In this document: piece after piece, positions 50,101 to 62,700 of the stretch | How the letters are laid out: each line of letters begins with the position of its first letter | Position numbering within the stretch: position 1 is the first letter of the stretch | NCBI RefSeq assembly: GCF_002113885.1 | Contig: NW_018408899.1 | Span: forward strand, 1,904,453 to 1,968,452 | Source of the DNA: Mizuhopecten yessoensis | Taxonomy: Eukaryota | Length of the DNA stretch: 64,000 nt | Direction: 5' to 3' | Position numbers and translations under genes: made by a program | Notes under the pieces: generated by a model | What the model saw: only the letters and a program-made list of their open reading frames with translations | The model's database searches: none | Told to the model about the DNA's origin: nothing

Positions 50101-51111
50101 GTCGTTCAGTTTCACAGAACCCTAATACTTCTGACGATACTCCTTTTCCGATATTAAAGAAACCGAAGCCCCGGTGTCCAACTCCATTTTCTGTGATGGC
50201 GGTCAATTATCAAATCAATGTTTATTTCCTTCTGACCGTCATATTTTATCGAAAACAGAGGCCAAGAGTACTTACAGTCAGTTTCATAGGCACCAGAACT
50301 ATCCACATCGGAATCTTCCACGAAGTTGATTTTCGGATTTTTTCTTTCTTAAACTTTGAGTACTTTCAGTACTTTGATGTGGTCGCAGTTTGTTTACATG
50401 TTGACGTGATTTGTTTGCCGGACACATTTTGCTCAGATGACCGTTTTCGTGACATTTGTGGCACTTGCTGTTCTTATAATAACAACTGTCACCACTATGA
50501 TTGTTCTTTCCACAACGAAAGCATTGTGTAAACACTTTGTGTGTCTGTTCCGCGTTCTTATTCCCCTCGAACATTGCAGAAGTTTCTTTTAGTTTGCGCG
50601 ATTCACAGTCTGCCATCTCCATACTAACGGCAATGTCCATTGCTTTTTTCAATGTCAATTCAGCTTCCGATAGCAATTTCCTTTGGGTTGCCGTGAAAGC
50701 CAACCCACACACAAATCTATCCCGCAAGGCATCGTTCAAAAACGCTTCAAAATTACAATGTTCACTGAGTTTACGGAGTTCGGCTAGAAATTGACTCACC
50801 GTTTATCCTTTCTTTTGTTTGCGTTGATAAAACTTGAACCGTTCCGCTATCACCAGGGGTTTGGGTTGCAGATGATTTCGAATGTTATTTTTCAGCTCAT
50901 CGTACGTTTTTTCACCGGGTTTTGCCGGACTCACAACGTTACGAATTAACCCATACGTTTTACTGCCACATACGGTCAGTAATATTGAACGTTTTACATC
51001 GTTATCATCCACCGCATTAGCCACAATGTAGTGTTCCAAACGTTCAATGCACTCGTCCCAATTTTGCGAGTTTACATCAAATTCTTCGATGCTTCCGTGT
51101 CTTACAGCCAT
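47109..51111 (-). pseudogene. Gypsy gag-pol coding region broken by a stop and several frameshifts
   Basis: Successive minus-strand ORFs 50803-51111, 50299-50799, 49843-50115, 49661-49870, 49537-49809, 49059-49556, 48616-49125 and 47109-48791 cover gag-PR-RT-RH-IN in order. Confidence 0.92.
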
Positions 51112-51161
51112 ACCTTACAGTTTTTCTGTTACAAGTGTTGTTCCGATGTAAGTTTACGTCA

Positions 51162-51174
51162 ATCCTCGTCGCCA
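51162..51174 (-). other. Primer-binding site complementary to the tRNA-Ser(GCU) 3' end
   Basis: Minus strand TGGCGACGAGGAT one base after the LTR; the plus strand ATCCTCGTCGCCA equals the animal tRNA-Ser(GCU) 3' terminus plus CCA (from recall). Confidence 0.8.
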
Positions 51175-51175
51175 C

Positions 51176-51270
51176 TGTTGTGTTTGTGAAGGTCCTTTAT
51201 CGTAAAGATACAACTCACAACAACACACGACTTCTAGGTTATTTAATGGCGGTATCCACACATACAAAAC
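51176..51270 (-). repeat. Truncated 5' LTR of the Gypsy element
   Basis: Near-identical to 46682-46775, then switches abruptly to LINE ORF2 sequence. Confidence 0.88.
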
Positions 51271-51392
51271 AGTAAAAGCTGAAGTACAAAAACAAACCCG
51301 CCATGCATACCTACAATACATTGAGAGGATGATTACAGACCTACCAATAGACGAACCTGAAGACCCCAGCACAAGGAACAAATACAACCCTA
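51265..51392 (+). mobile_element. Continuation of the same LINE ORF2 (EN-RT linker) after the Gypsy insertion
   Basis: YKTVKAEVQKQTRHAYLQYIERMITDLP; same A/C-rich composition as 45150-46681. Confidence 0.7.
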
Positions 51393-52068
51393 AACAAGAG
51401 ACCCATGGGCCTTAACGGTCACCTGAGTCCTACAATATTTATTTTTGCTGTTCAATTATGTACCAACTTGAGTAAAAAAAAAAAATATATAACGTCAACT
51501 TAAGTTTGTCAGGACCATGAGCTGATCATTCCTAGACCGATTTTCAGTTAGATCGGCCTATTAGAACTTGTTTGAAAAAGATATTTTCAAAATAGCGGCC
51601 ATGGCAGCCAAATGGTATTTCTTATCGACCCGAAAAATAGTTTGAAATAGTTTTTCAAAATGGCGTCCGTGGCGGCCATATTGGATTTCTGATGCACCAG
51701 AAAAATAACAAACTTTGTCAGGACCATGAGTCGATCATTCCTACAAAGTTTCAGTTCAATCGGCCTAGCAGAACTTGACTTAAAGTTTGAAATATTTTTT
51801 CAAAATGGCGGCCGTGGCGGCCATATTGGATTTCTGATTGACCCGAAAAATAACAACCGTTGTCAGGACCATGAGTTGATCATTCCTACCAAGTTTCAGT
51901 TCAATCGGCCTTGCAGAACTTGACTTTAAGTTTGAAATAGTTTTTCAAAATGGCGGCCATATTGGATTTCTGATCGACCCGATAAATAACAACACTTGGT
52001 CAGGGAAATGTCAGTAACCTTCCCATGAAATATTAATGAAATCCCGTTGCCAGTATTTCAGCTTAAGT
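51393..52068 (-). mobile_element. HINE-like element inserted in the LINE (third nesting level)
   Basis: AACAAGAGACCCATGGGCCTTAACGGTCACCTGAG end and ~150-bp tandem units (caaaatggcggcc...ggccatattggatttctgat...caggaccatgag). A shorter relative lies at 37648-37845. Confidence 0.78.
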
Positions 52069-52260
52069 TGCGAAACACAGCTCATTACATTCATACAAGA
52101 CCTCGCACAGAACCACAACAACAACAAACAAACAGACATTATCATTATGGATTTTGCCAAAGCCTTCGACAAAGTCCCACACAAACATGGATAACAGACT
52201 TCCTATTACAACGCACCCAAACAGTAGTACTTGAGGGAAAACACTCCGACAAAATCATAT
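52069..52260 (+). mobile_element. LINE reverse transcriptase fragments
   Basis: CETQLITFIQDL...TDIIIMDFAKAFDKVPH and WITDFLLQRTQTVVLEG, with an internal deletion between them. Confidence 0.88.
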
Positions 52261-53449
52261 AATAAAAACCCTAGACTTTATTTTCGTTGAAATATACGAA
52301 TTTATTTTGGGACATTTTCGACCCTGGCCATCTGGAAAATCGTGATAATGGCGAGAAAATCTAACGTTGTATGGTTTATGACGTCATAATTAAGTTGATT
52401 CCCAAGGCGGGGCAAATCTTCCGACAAAAAACTAAAGGGAGTGCAAGGACTGAAACTCTGCGCGGAGATTGTCCATAGGCCATATCCCGGACCGACCCGA
52501 TATCCGCCTTGCAAGTAACAAATCCGTTTAACTTCCGCTCGTCAACTTTTCAGAAAAAATCACGTTTCAATCACCATCAGACATGCAGTGATGAAAACAA
52601 GCAGGTAGTGTTCACAATGCATACCTATCTCCCTTTATTATGCCGTTTGCTGTATTTGATAGTATATCTACCTTTCTACCGAATACATTCAGTAGATGAC
52701 AGTATATGAAAGGTTTCCGTATGACCATGTCCATATCCTACAGCGTTGGTTTATCTTAAAAGTGTTGAACTGGATATGGCGCGTGCCGGGCGGTATGGCG
52801 TGTGCCGGGCCGACATTGGTTTGTCCAGGACATGGCCTATGTACAGTTAGCCGCGGGAGTTTATGATAACTATTATCATTTCCATATTTTACAAAATGAA
52901 AACAATTTGGCAACACGTATACAACCACATCCCTGCTACAACAGACAGACAGAAGAAAAAATTCACGGTTATCGGCACACGGTACGAGTTACCTCCCGTT
53001 GAACGATCAACACTGGTTTCAGCACGGACTTATCATAAAATCATAAAAAATGTTCTATAATGATAAATTTTTAAAGGAAAGGAAATTGAAAACAAAATAT
53101 CTTAAAATATGAATATTGTTTATCAGAAATAAGTCAGCTGTAGACCCTATATCTAACGGTTACATTGCTTAAGAAAGAAAGAAAATATAAAAAGTATATA
53201 ACTTAACGGTAACTTGACACACAAACGTAGTAAATGACAAAATGTGGTATGTTTTTGTTGCGATTATCAATTTCTTTAATACACTGTCGTCTGAAGATAC
53301 ATGTTAAGACATATCACAGGTACACAGTTATACTTTCTGATTACTCCTAAAATTAAAAGAACTCTTCATCTGAATCTGTTGTGCGCTTTTTGAAACATAT
53401 TATCATATAATAAGATTCAAGACCATTTTTGACATCGACGCATCCACAC

Positions 53450-53725
53450 ATGACAATCTTTTGCTTGTCACGGTGCCGGTTCCATAAAGCTATATCGGGC
53501 AGGAATATTTCATTGCTGATATCCTATTTTAAAAGCAACTCGCCCATTCCGAACCGAGACTTCTCCTTCAGTATGACGGCTTATGCAGGACATAAACTGA
53601 CATGGGACCTTACCCCAGAAAGAATAGAAACACAGGCCAAAAGTCTTATCGAGAAATCGAAAGCTGTCTACGACACTGTTGGTTCATTGAACAAAGATAG
53701 TGTTACGTATGACAACGTTGTAAAG
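53450..53725 (+). CDS. THOP1: THOP1/NLN exon 1 (two in-frame ATGs, 53450 and 53573)
   Basis: [31 protein letters not shown]; donor AAG|gtaat. Confidence 0.85.
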
Positions 53726-56700
53726 GTAATACTTTCTCCAACAGTGTGAGAGGTTTACACGGCGATATACTTTTGACAAAAATCATATCCAGATAGAAAA
53801 AAGGCCGACCAGCGGACTCTTGCGTTCAAAGGTGTTTGAAATTCTGACTGTAAATTGAGATCAAAGTCATATAAAAAATAATGGTATTACTATTTTTTTA
53901 TTGTAATACCCTTATATTTTTTTTATATAATTGTTATCTCAATTTACAGTTATAATTTCAAACACCTATGTTACGTACAACTTACGTTATAGGAGTAAGG
54001 TAAAAACTGTGTCCTTGGCAGTTTCAGTATCATTTATTTTTTTAGTAACATAATTCTATTCCAACAAAGTCGTACCTGTCACTGTTTAATATGTACCACT
54101 TATATTATACTTCTGTATTTCTGCGTGCATAGTTTATTTTTTTTATAAGGTGTAAGGTACTTTAGGCCTTCCTATTATGCTTCAATAGCATTGGATGAGA
54201 AGTTTCTGAGGCTGTAAGGGTAAATTGACGAATAAATAAATTAGAGCAAAATTAAACAGAAAAACGTGCTTCACGTTGTGTATACTCATTGTTTCGCCCT
54301 TTATATTTATCTGGACAGTCAGTTTGCCTTCTCTCTAACACCACATTAAATCTATAAAAAGCTGTTACTATAAATGTATTGTTTTCTATATAAATGGAAA
54401 TACAATTTTACCGATCAATTATCTAATATGATACATACATATCCTGTTCTGTGCTATCTGAACCGTTACCAGATTGCTTTTCTTATTTTTGCTTTTATTT
54501 TTCTTCTATTTTTAAAGGACCCCATTGGAAATAAGCCACTTTGTGGCTTTTATGGGTAATCCTAGGTAAATGGCACTCACCACTCCTATTATGCGACCTA
54601 TTTATATCTACCTTCATTTACTAAAAATAGTCTGTCTCATTTTATAGTATTATCAGCCTTTTTTTTTTAGATTTTTAAACTCTTTAGTTTGTGATATATG
54701 TCAAAGATTGAATTAAGAAATCTTTTATTATGATAGATCTATTATCATTCTCAGTCCTAATACAATTTTTTTTTTTTGATTTACAAGCTGCATTGTGATC
54801 TTAATTATAAGTTTTATTCTAAGTTGTGATATCTTGTAATAACATGCCTATTTTACCTGAATAAATATTATTATTATTAACCCTTGCCTAGTTTCTGTGC
54901 CCGTCTACTTAAAGCACACACTTCTGTGACACCATTGTGGTAAAAAAGTACAGAAATGCATGGGGGAAATGGCCACAAAATTATTTAAGTAGTTGTATTG
55001 TTTACATTTCTGAATGACAACCAAATGTTTTGCATAGTGTGGCAGTTTTTCATTGTACACAGGATTACGGTCGCCTTCTAGCTTCAAGCTAGAGGGAATT
55101 TCCCTTTAGCTCGGTGGTAGAGCGTCTGACTAAGGGATCACAGGTTCGACCCCTGGGGGAAGCACCTTTCACTCTTTCCTGTTACACATAGGATATACTT
55201 ACATTTAATTTGTTAAGAACAATTAAGGGAATTCAAAGAAATGCATAAGGATATCGAAGCAGAGGACATGATGCATGACAGTTGCATGGTTTTGTTAAGC
55301 AGATTGTACATATAAGAGTGGCATATGAATTATTTCAAAACTAAGTGTTTACTATCACTCCCTAAAACCCATGATGTCAAAATACCTGTTGTATGTGTGC
55401 AGCGATCAGGGTACAGAAACAGGCACAGAAAACAAACAGGACCTCAGATTATGTAATTGAAGTTTTTGATGATTCTGTCGGTTCATTCTGAATATACACA
55501 GTACATTAAAAAATACATAAACTAACTCTTTCTTATTAAAAGTGTTAATCTACTACTATAACATGTTAAATGCATGCAAGTTAAACTACTATTTTAACAT
55601 GCTAACTGCTAAGGCATTAAATATGAACAAATTTGTGTTTTATGACAGGTTAAATGTTTTCATGCTAAAGAAATGAATACATTAGTTTATCTGGTTTTTG
55701 AACTCATAGTCTTTCATACATTATCTACAATATATGACATGTTGATGGTGACAGGTCAATGTTGTGCATGTTCCACCATGATATCACTCCTTTTGGTAGA
55801 TGCTTTTAATTTTCTTATGTTAAATGTTAATGGTTTTTGTCCAACTATTTTTTCTGTTGTCTTACAGTCCTTAGCAGACAATGACTGTGAGTATGCTGTG
55901 CTGAGGAACAATCTAGACTTCATGCAACATGTATCTCCTAACAAGGAGCTCCGTGATGCCAGTGTCGCCGCGGATAAAAAACTCTCAGACTTTGATGTTG
56001 AGATGAGGTACCACAAATTAAACAGTTCTTACATATGGGTTACATGGGGTTTTATACAGGAACATAAAGGTTCCCCGATGAGTGACGGTTGTTTATCATG
56101 TTTAGCTTGAGTAAGTTAATTTTCAAATTATATAATGACACAAGATTTACATAGTGTCATTTACAATGTAAATAAAAAATGTTGACCAACTCCTAGCAGG
56201 TTTATCCGATGAGTTTAGGTGGGGAAACCTGTAATGTTTGTGTGAGAATATTTTTTCTCCAAATTGGACTTGAGAAGAAAATGTGTTCAAAAATGTTTGT
56301 TTCTGATTGTCACTGCCCAAAGTTACAGTAAAGTTCTCAGTTTTTCCAAAGTTTCTTCTGGTTAAATATACCTGAAGGTATTCATGTTCAATGATAAAAC
56401 TACTTTTTGTAGATTATATTTTTTGAACCATACAAATTGTGAAGTACTTGCTCTACAGGAACTGTCATTGAAATGTGTTTTTTAAGTTTCATGTGCTTAT
56501 ATGGCATGGAGTTATATCTCTCTATGATAAAATATATGTGCATGTCCCCTTGCAGCAATTTACTTTGTCTAAGACGTATCTCACATGTAAATACAGCAAA
56601 CCATGTTTATAATTCCCAGTTATCCTTTTAGAAATTGCATAATGGTTCACCATATGGCAAAATTTGTTATATATAGTGTGATGTTCAATAACAAAATTCC

Positions 56701-59700
56701 TTAAGAGTGGACATAACTCTAAAACTGTCTTAAGAATGAATTTGTAGTAGTGTGTTTTCATAGTTTTGTTTAAATGTTCAAATCTTAGAAAATTTGTAAT
56801 GTGGCTATACAACAATTATTTCAAATGCATTGTTGAATATCTCTTATGGGAAATGGTTAGAATCTCTTGTCAAATGCCCCTGTAATTATAAATGCACTGA
56901 AAGGCACATTCCTCCAAATTGGAAGAGTTTATGTTTCACCTCTTTTGAATTTTAAGCGGTTAACTAAATCATTTTTGTTTCCAGCATGAGGAAGGATGTT
57001 TTTGATTCAATTGTTGACTTTCAAGAAAAGCTATCAGATGGATTGACACCAGAGGCTGCACGATTTGTGGAAAGGATGATAAAGCATGGAAAAAGGAATG
57101 GTAAGCCTTGTATTGTTGACAATAAATACATGTAGCTACCCAGATACATATACTACACATGTTATTTATCAACATTTTATCTTGAATAAGTGTTTTTTAA
57201 GTTCTGCTTTCAAAGTCAGAAAATGATGTGATGCCATGGCCATTGAGGTTTCCAGATCATACAAATTATTGAAATACTCATTTTGTTTTCAAGGAATGAC
57301 ATATTTTGTAGTTTCTAGAATCCTTCCGTTACACCTGTGATATTTTCCCTTGGCATGTAGATTATCTTTTACACAAAATAATGTTGTACATGTAGCATAA
57401 TAATCATATCAAGGTTTTTACAAACCAAGGTTTAAGTATAATTGTATGTTTTGTTTATTAGCAATTTTGTTTTTCAGGACTTCACTTACCAAAAGAAACT
57501 CAGGATAAAATCAAAAAAATTAAGAAGAGGATGAGCGAACTTTCTATAGACTTCAGCAAAAACTGCAATGAAGAAAACACTGTTTTGGAATTTACAGAAG
57601 AAGAATTAGGTAAAGGAAACATTGTTTTCATTACAATGTGTTCAATTATTTCCCCAGTTACCAGTGGATTGTTCATACTTTAAGTGTATACGTGTTTCAT
57701 TTTCTACATCGTAAATAAACGTTTCTTTGTAAACTCTTTTTAAAGATATCCTTTCTCTATGTTCATTCTTTGTTTAAGATAAATATATTTTGCAATACAC
57801 TTGTTATAGAAGGATTCAAAAATAGTTTTTATTTTTTTAGCTGGCGTAACAGAAGATTTTGTGAAGAGTTTAGATAAGGTATGTATTGTTCAGGGTCTCC
57901 TAAATCAATAGTGAATTGAGACAGAATTTCCGTTAGTATCTATTAAAAACAATAAAGAGCTTTGTAGCATCATTTTGTGGAAATTTGTTCAGACCCATCA
58001 GTTTGGTTATATATGTACCAACTATTTATGTGAATTTTAGTTTCTGTACACGTCATATACACTACAGCAAAACATAATTTACTACTTAAAAACATATTGT
58101 CTCTTCTCACTCAATTTACTTAAGTCATATCTGTACTCATTTTCCTGGTGAGGAATGTTTTACTACCTCTGCTTATGAAAGATACACATGTCCCATGTGG
58201 AACCTGTATTATAACATCACAATAAGATTGCGGCATCTTTTATGACGTCACAATCGAAAATGTGTTTAAACCTTATTTGTCTGCACTGTGGAAATCTTGC
58301 AGTCAGCAAATGATACCACCTCAAGAACATAAGAATGGTGGTACAAGCTTGCCCTGAACGTCTTGCTTTGATCTTTAAGTTTGAAGTATACCTTTGGTGT
58401 ACGGCATTTTTTTCTGCTCTTTCCAAATGTTGCCTTAGTTTGTTTATATGTTACACAGAAATTTGGCTATATTTCATGTTGCATTTGCATGGTCTATGTC
58501 CTGTTTTATCAAAATTCCGGTATTAAAAGAGGTAGGAGAAAAAGAACCAGTCATAATGTAGGTATGCAGGGTATGAATATTCTACCCGAGGGTGTAGAAC
58601 TAGAGTCGGAACCCAAGGCTTTACCTTTCAGCAAGGCCTCAGTTCTCACCCACATTCTACACCCTTGGGTAGAATATATTCATATCCCACATACCTACTC
58701 TGGTATTATTATTTTTTCAAACTTTGCATATTTACTAATTTCTTAACATATTTTACTGTCTATTTACTGATATACATTGTTGACTTCAGACTGATGATGG
58801 AAAACTGAAGGTGACATTAAAATACCCTCATTACTTCCCCTGTATGAAAAAAGCAAGGAATCCAGCTACAAGAGAAAAAATGGAAATAGCATTTAATTCC
58901 AGGTAAGTACAATATTTTTACATTGAGTTGTTTTATTTTCCATGTCTTTCCAGAATATGTTGACATTATTTTTCTTCATTGCATCATCTCGTGAATGCAT
59001 TGGTTCTATGTTAACAATGAATTTGAGGATGGGCCGTAAAAAAGTTGTTTGCCTCACTGATCTGCCAATTTGTTCTTCAGTCTATCTACCAAAGACTTTG
59101 TTTTAATATAAAGGCATGTAATGATTTGTTAAAAACTATGGGTCCCCACATGTTAAGTTGCAGTATCTCCAGAAATCTACGAGTCCTATCAAATATGAAA
59201 AGACATAAGACTTGCCTTTAGATTTATCACTGATGTGACTTGTGTATTATAGCTTTTATATACATGTGATGTGTTAATCTTTAATTTTTGTTTATGTGTA
59301 ATAAAATAACCCGAAAAGAATGAATTCTTGTTTATCAAAAAATTACTGTTCATATTGCTTCTCTAAACTAAGAACCAGCAAGAATGATTAACAAATTGAC
59401 ATTAATAAATGTTCATAATTCCATCTCATCTCAGTTTTATATTTCATCAATGAAGAACCACCAGTGAGTTTTAGCTTTGTAAGGTTGAACATTGTATACA
59501 TACACATATGTAGCACACTACAGCTGCTACTGCCGCCGCTGTATAAGTGTAATATTTTTGTAACAGTGTATTCCACTTAACGTCATGTTTCTTGTCACAT
59601 TTAGAATAATATCATATGGTCTTTAAAAACAGTTTTCCTCTTCCGTATGATTATTTGTTAAGGTTTTAACCTAAAAACAAAATGGTGATTTTTTTTCTCT

Positions 59701-62700
59701 CAAATTGTTGTTTGTTTAAGACCAAACATGTTGAAGCAAAGTCTTCATTGAACTAGCTTTGTTCTTTTCTGACAAGGTGGAAATAGTAGTATTTAAAATC
59801 AGATCTCTGTAAAATGGTGCGGATGCATGTAACATGCGCATGTATGTAAATTCACCTTCACCTGATGTTCAGAGCAGTCCTCTTTAACAGAAACAGGATG
59901 TACATCACATGTAAATGTCAAATTTGGCTTCCTATCACTCTTTCCTCTGAAAAAATGATATATTAGCATAGCTGTCAACCCTCCATCTTTAGGAGGGAGA
60001 CTCCTTCGTTTTGACCAAAATTTACCAATCTCCCTCGAAACTCCCTAATTCAAGTCTGAACTCACAAACCCTCAAAATCTACATCTTGTGGTTAAATTAT
60101 CTCCTAATTACTGCAGGGTGTGTGTTATGATCATAACATTTGTATTTGAATCAAATGAATACTCTTTGGAGTTATTTTGATATAAAAAGGGAGAGATAAA
60201 TTGAGCAAAGCAGTTCAAGTCGCGTTTCACAAACTTTCTCCCTCATTTGAAATGTGGAATGAGTGAGATCTCCCTCATCGGAGGTTTCAAGGGTTGACAC
60301 CTACTTGGTAGCAAAGGCCAGGTAGGTATTTAATGTTCTTAGAAAAGCCTTTATAGCTATAGTAATGTAACATAGACTTGTAATGTGGTGAAATATTGAT
60401 ACTTTTCAGATGCAAAAAAGAAAATACGTCAATTTTAGAAGAACTTGTACACCTACGGCATGAGGTAAATCCTTCTATACTTTCATAGTGAGAAACAAAA
60501 TGTAGTTAGCAGCAACAAGGTTGTTTGTAAGCTCTTATCCAGTAAGGATATAGGCTATTCATTAGCTCTTATATTTACCTGAAAATAATATTAGTGTTAC
60601 TGTTATCAAGATGATGTATACATTTTCCTGTGAAAAATCTTTCATGTATTACTGAATTATCTCTGCAATAAAGAATGTTTTTATGAGGTGTTTGATAATG
60701 CAATAAATTTGCATACAGCTTGTATATCAAACTCTTTCACAATGTTTAATTCAATTTTATATATTTCGAGTTTAACCAGCACATTCTTAATTCTAACTCT
60801 GGGTGCCTCGGTAGCCATTATCGCTAGTCATTACCACTGTGTGCAATCAAGCGTGAGCTTCAAACCACTCACTCTTTCAAGAATTTTGGTTCGATCCCTA
60901 GCTGTGACAAAAAAAGAGAGTGATGTCTGATAGGTTAATTGTATTCCCTCCAATGGCACGGTGGTTTTTCCCCCCATGGGTTTTCCTCCACCAGGAAAAA
61001 ACAACATTTGTTCCAAAAGTGGGGTCATTATAAAAGCTCTACAGAGCTTATGTTTGTTGTTGACAATGTACACAACGTTATATAAAGATTATTTATATTA
61101 TTTATTATTAGGGCCCCGTGTCTGAGATACGGGTGCCCTATAGTAATCACAAATTTTGTTCCTGGCTGATAACTTTGGTATTTATTGACCAATGTACATG
61201 AAACTTGGTGAAGATGTTCTGTTTACAAAAATACACATTAAGGTAAAAAGTCAAGGTCAAAGGTCAAGGTCATTAGGTTCAAAGGTCAAGGTCAAATTTT
61301 GTATCTTTTCACTGATGAACATTTTGTTATGACATGATGAAGCAAAGTTGATAAGAATTAAACAAGGAATCAACCTGACCAAATGTCAAGGTCATTGGGT
61401 CAAAGGTCAAGGTTAAATTTTGTAATGACACTTTGTAGCTTTTCACTAATGAGCATTTTGTTTTGACATTATGCATCAAAGTTGGTCAGAATTAAACAAG
61501 GAGTCAATTGACCAAAGGTCAAGGTCACTGGGTCAAAGGTCACGTTCAAATTTTGTATCTTAACCCTGATGAACATTTGGTGAATATTTCATTATGACAC
61601 TTTGAAGCAATGTTTGTGGGAATTAAACAAGGAGTCATTTGACCAAAGGGCAATGTTGATGGGTCAAAGGCCAAGGTCAAATTTTGTATTTTTTCACTGA
61701 TGAACATTTTGTTATGACATTATGAAGCAAAGTTGGTCTGAATTTAAAAAGTAGTCAACTGACTTAAGGTCAAGGTCACGTGGTCAATATCAAGGTCAAT
61801 TATTGTATCTTTTTACTTTTTTATGTTATTATGTAGCTAACTTTTTCAGGACTTAACACAGAGTCAACTGACCTTAGGTCCAGGTTACGGGGTCCAAAGG
61901 GTCAAGGTCAAGTTTTGTATTTTTCACTGATGAACATTTTGTTATGATATTATGAAGCAAAGTTGGTCGGAACTAAAGAATGGTCAAAGTCGTTTGGGTT
62001 CAAAGGTCAAAGACAAAGTGGATCTCTGACTTTGACCCTGGCTCCTGATGGAGGAGCTATATAAGGTGAAATAAAACAAATCAAAGCTAACAAATGAGTA
62101 TTGCACTGGTATTTACATTTCTGTTAGCCCAAAAAATATGGAGGTGGATGGAAACAAGACTCACATCATAGTACATGCAGATTGCTTCTTGATGATTATG
62201 GGGGATATATTGCCACAAGACGGGGCCCTTACTGACCTGTCAGTGTTCTAGTTTATATTTACTATTAACAAATGCAATGATTGTTTTAACAGAAAGCCCA
62301 GCTATTGGGCTATCCCACCCATGCAGCCTTCGTACTAGACATGAGGATGGCTAAGTCGGCAGAGAGTGTTGCATCTTTTCTTAAGGATCTGGCTTCCAAG
62401 TTGCAAAAGCTTAAGGCTGAGGAAACAAAACTTTTCTTGGAATACAAGAAAGAGGAAGTAAGTAAACTGAGGTAGATATATGGCACTAAACCACCAGCAA
62501 TTTCAGAGCATCTTTTAGCTAACTTCAGTGTCAGAAAAATGATGGGAAAATATATCCAAACGTTCGTAAAGCTCGAAGTGAATAAATTACGAGTTGAAGT
62601 ATCTTTATAACCTTGTACTGTGCACGGAGAAATTTTCGCCATCCTTAACAACGGTAAATTTCACTTGTCAGCAAATATTAGTACACAGCATACCATGCAT

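Larger units (their letters stand above)
46682..51270 (-). mobile_element. Degenerate Ty3/Gypsy LTR retrotransposon (Mag-like), inserted inside a LINE
   Basis: gag (50299-51111, one premature stop, two CCHC knuckles), protease ELDTGAS (~50160-50187), RT (LPFG, ILDD; 49059-49870, frameshifted), RNase H (VDAS), and integrase HHCC plus D,D(35)E (47109-48791). 3' LTR at 46682-46872 (TG...CA), PPT at 46873-46885, PBS at 51162-51174, partial 5' LTR at 51176-~51270. Confidence 0.95.

Noticed and set aside
55100-55185. tRNA gene
   Set aside because: A/B boxes are present but no acceptor or anticodon stems form; treated as a SINE head. The same applies to 2350-2390, 7230-7320 and 36715-36780.
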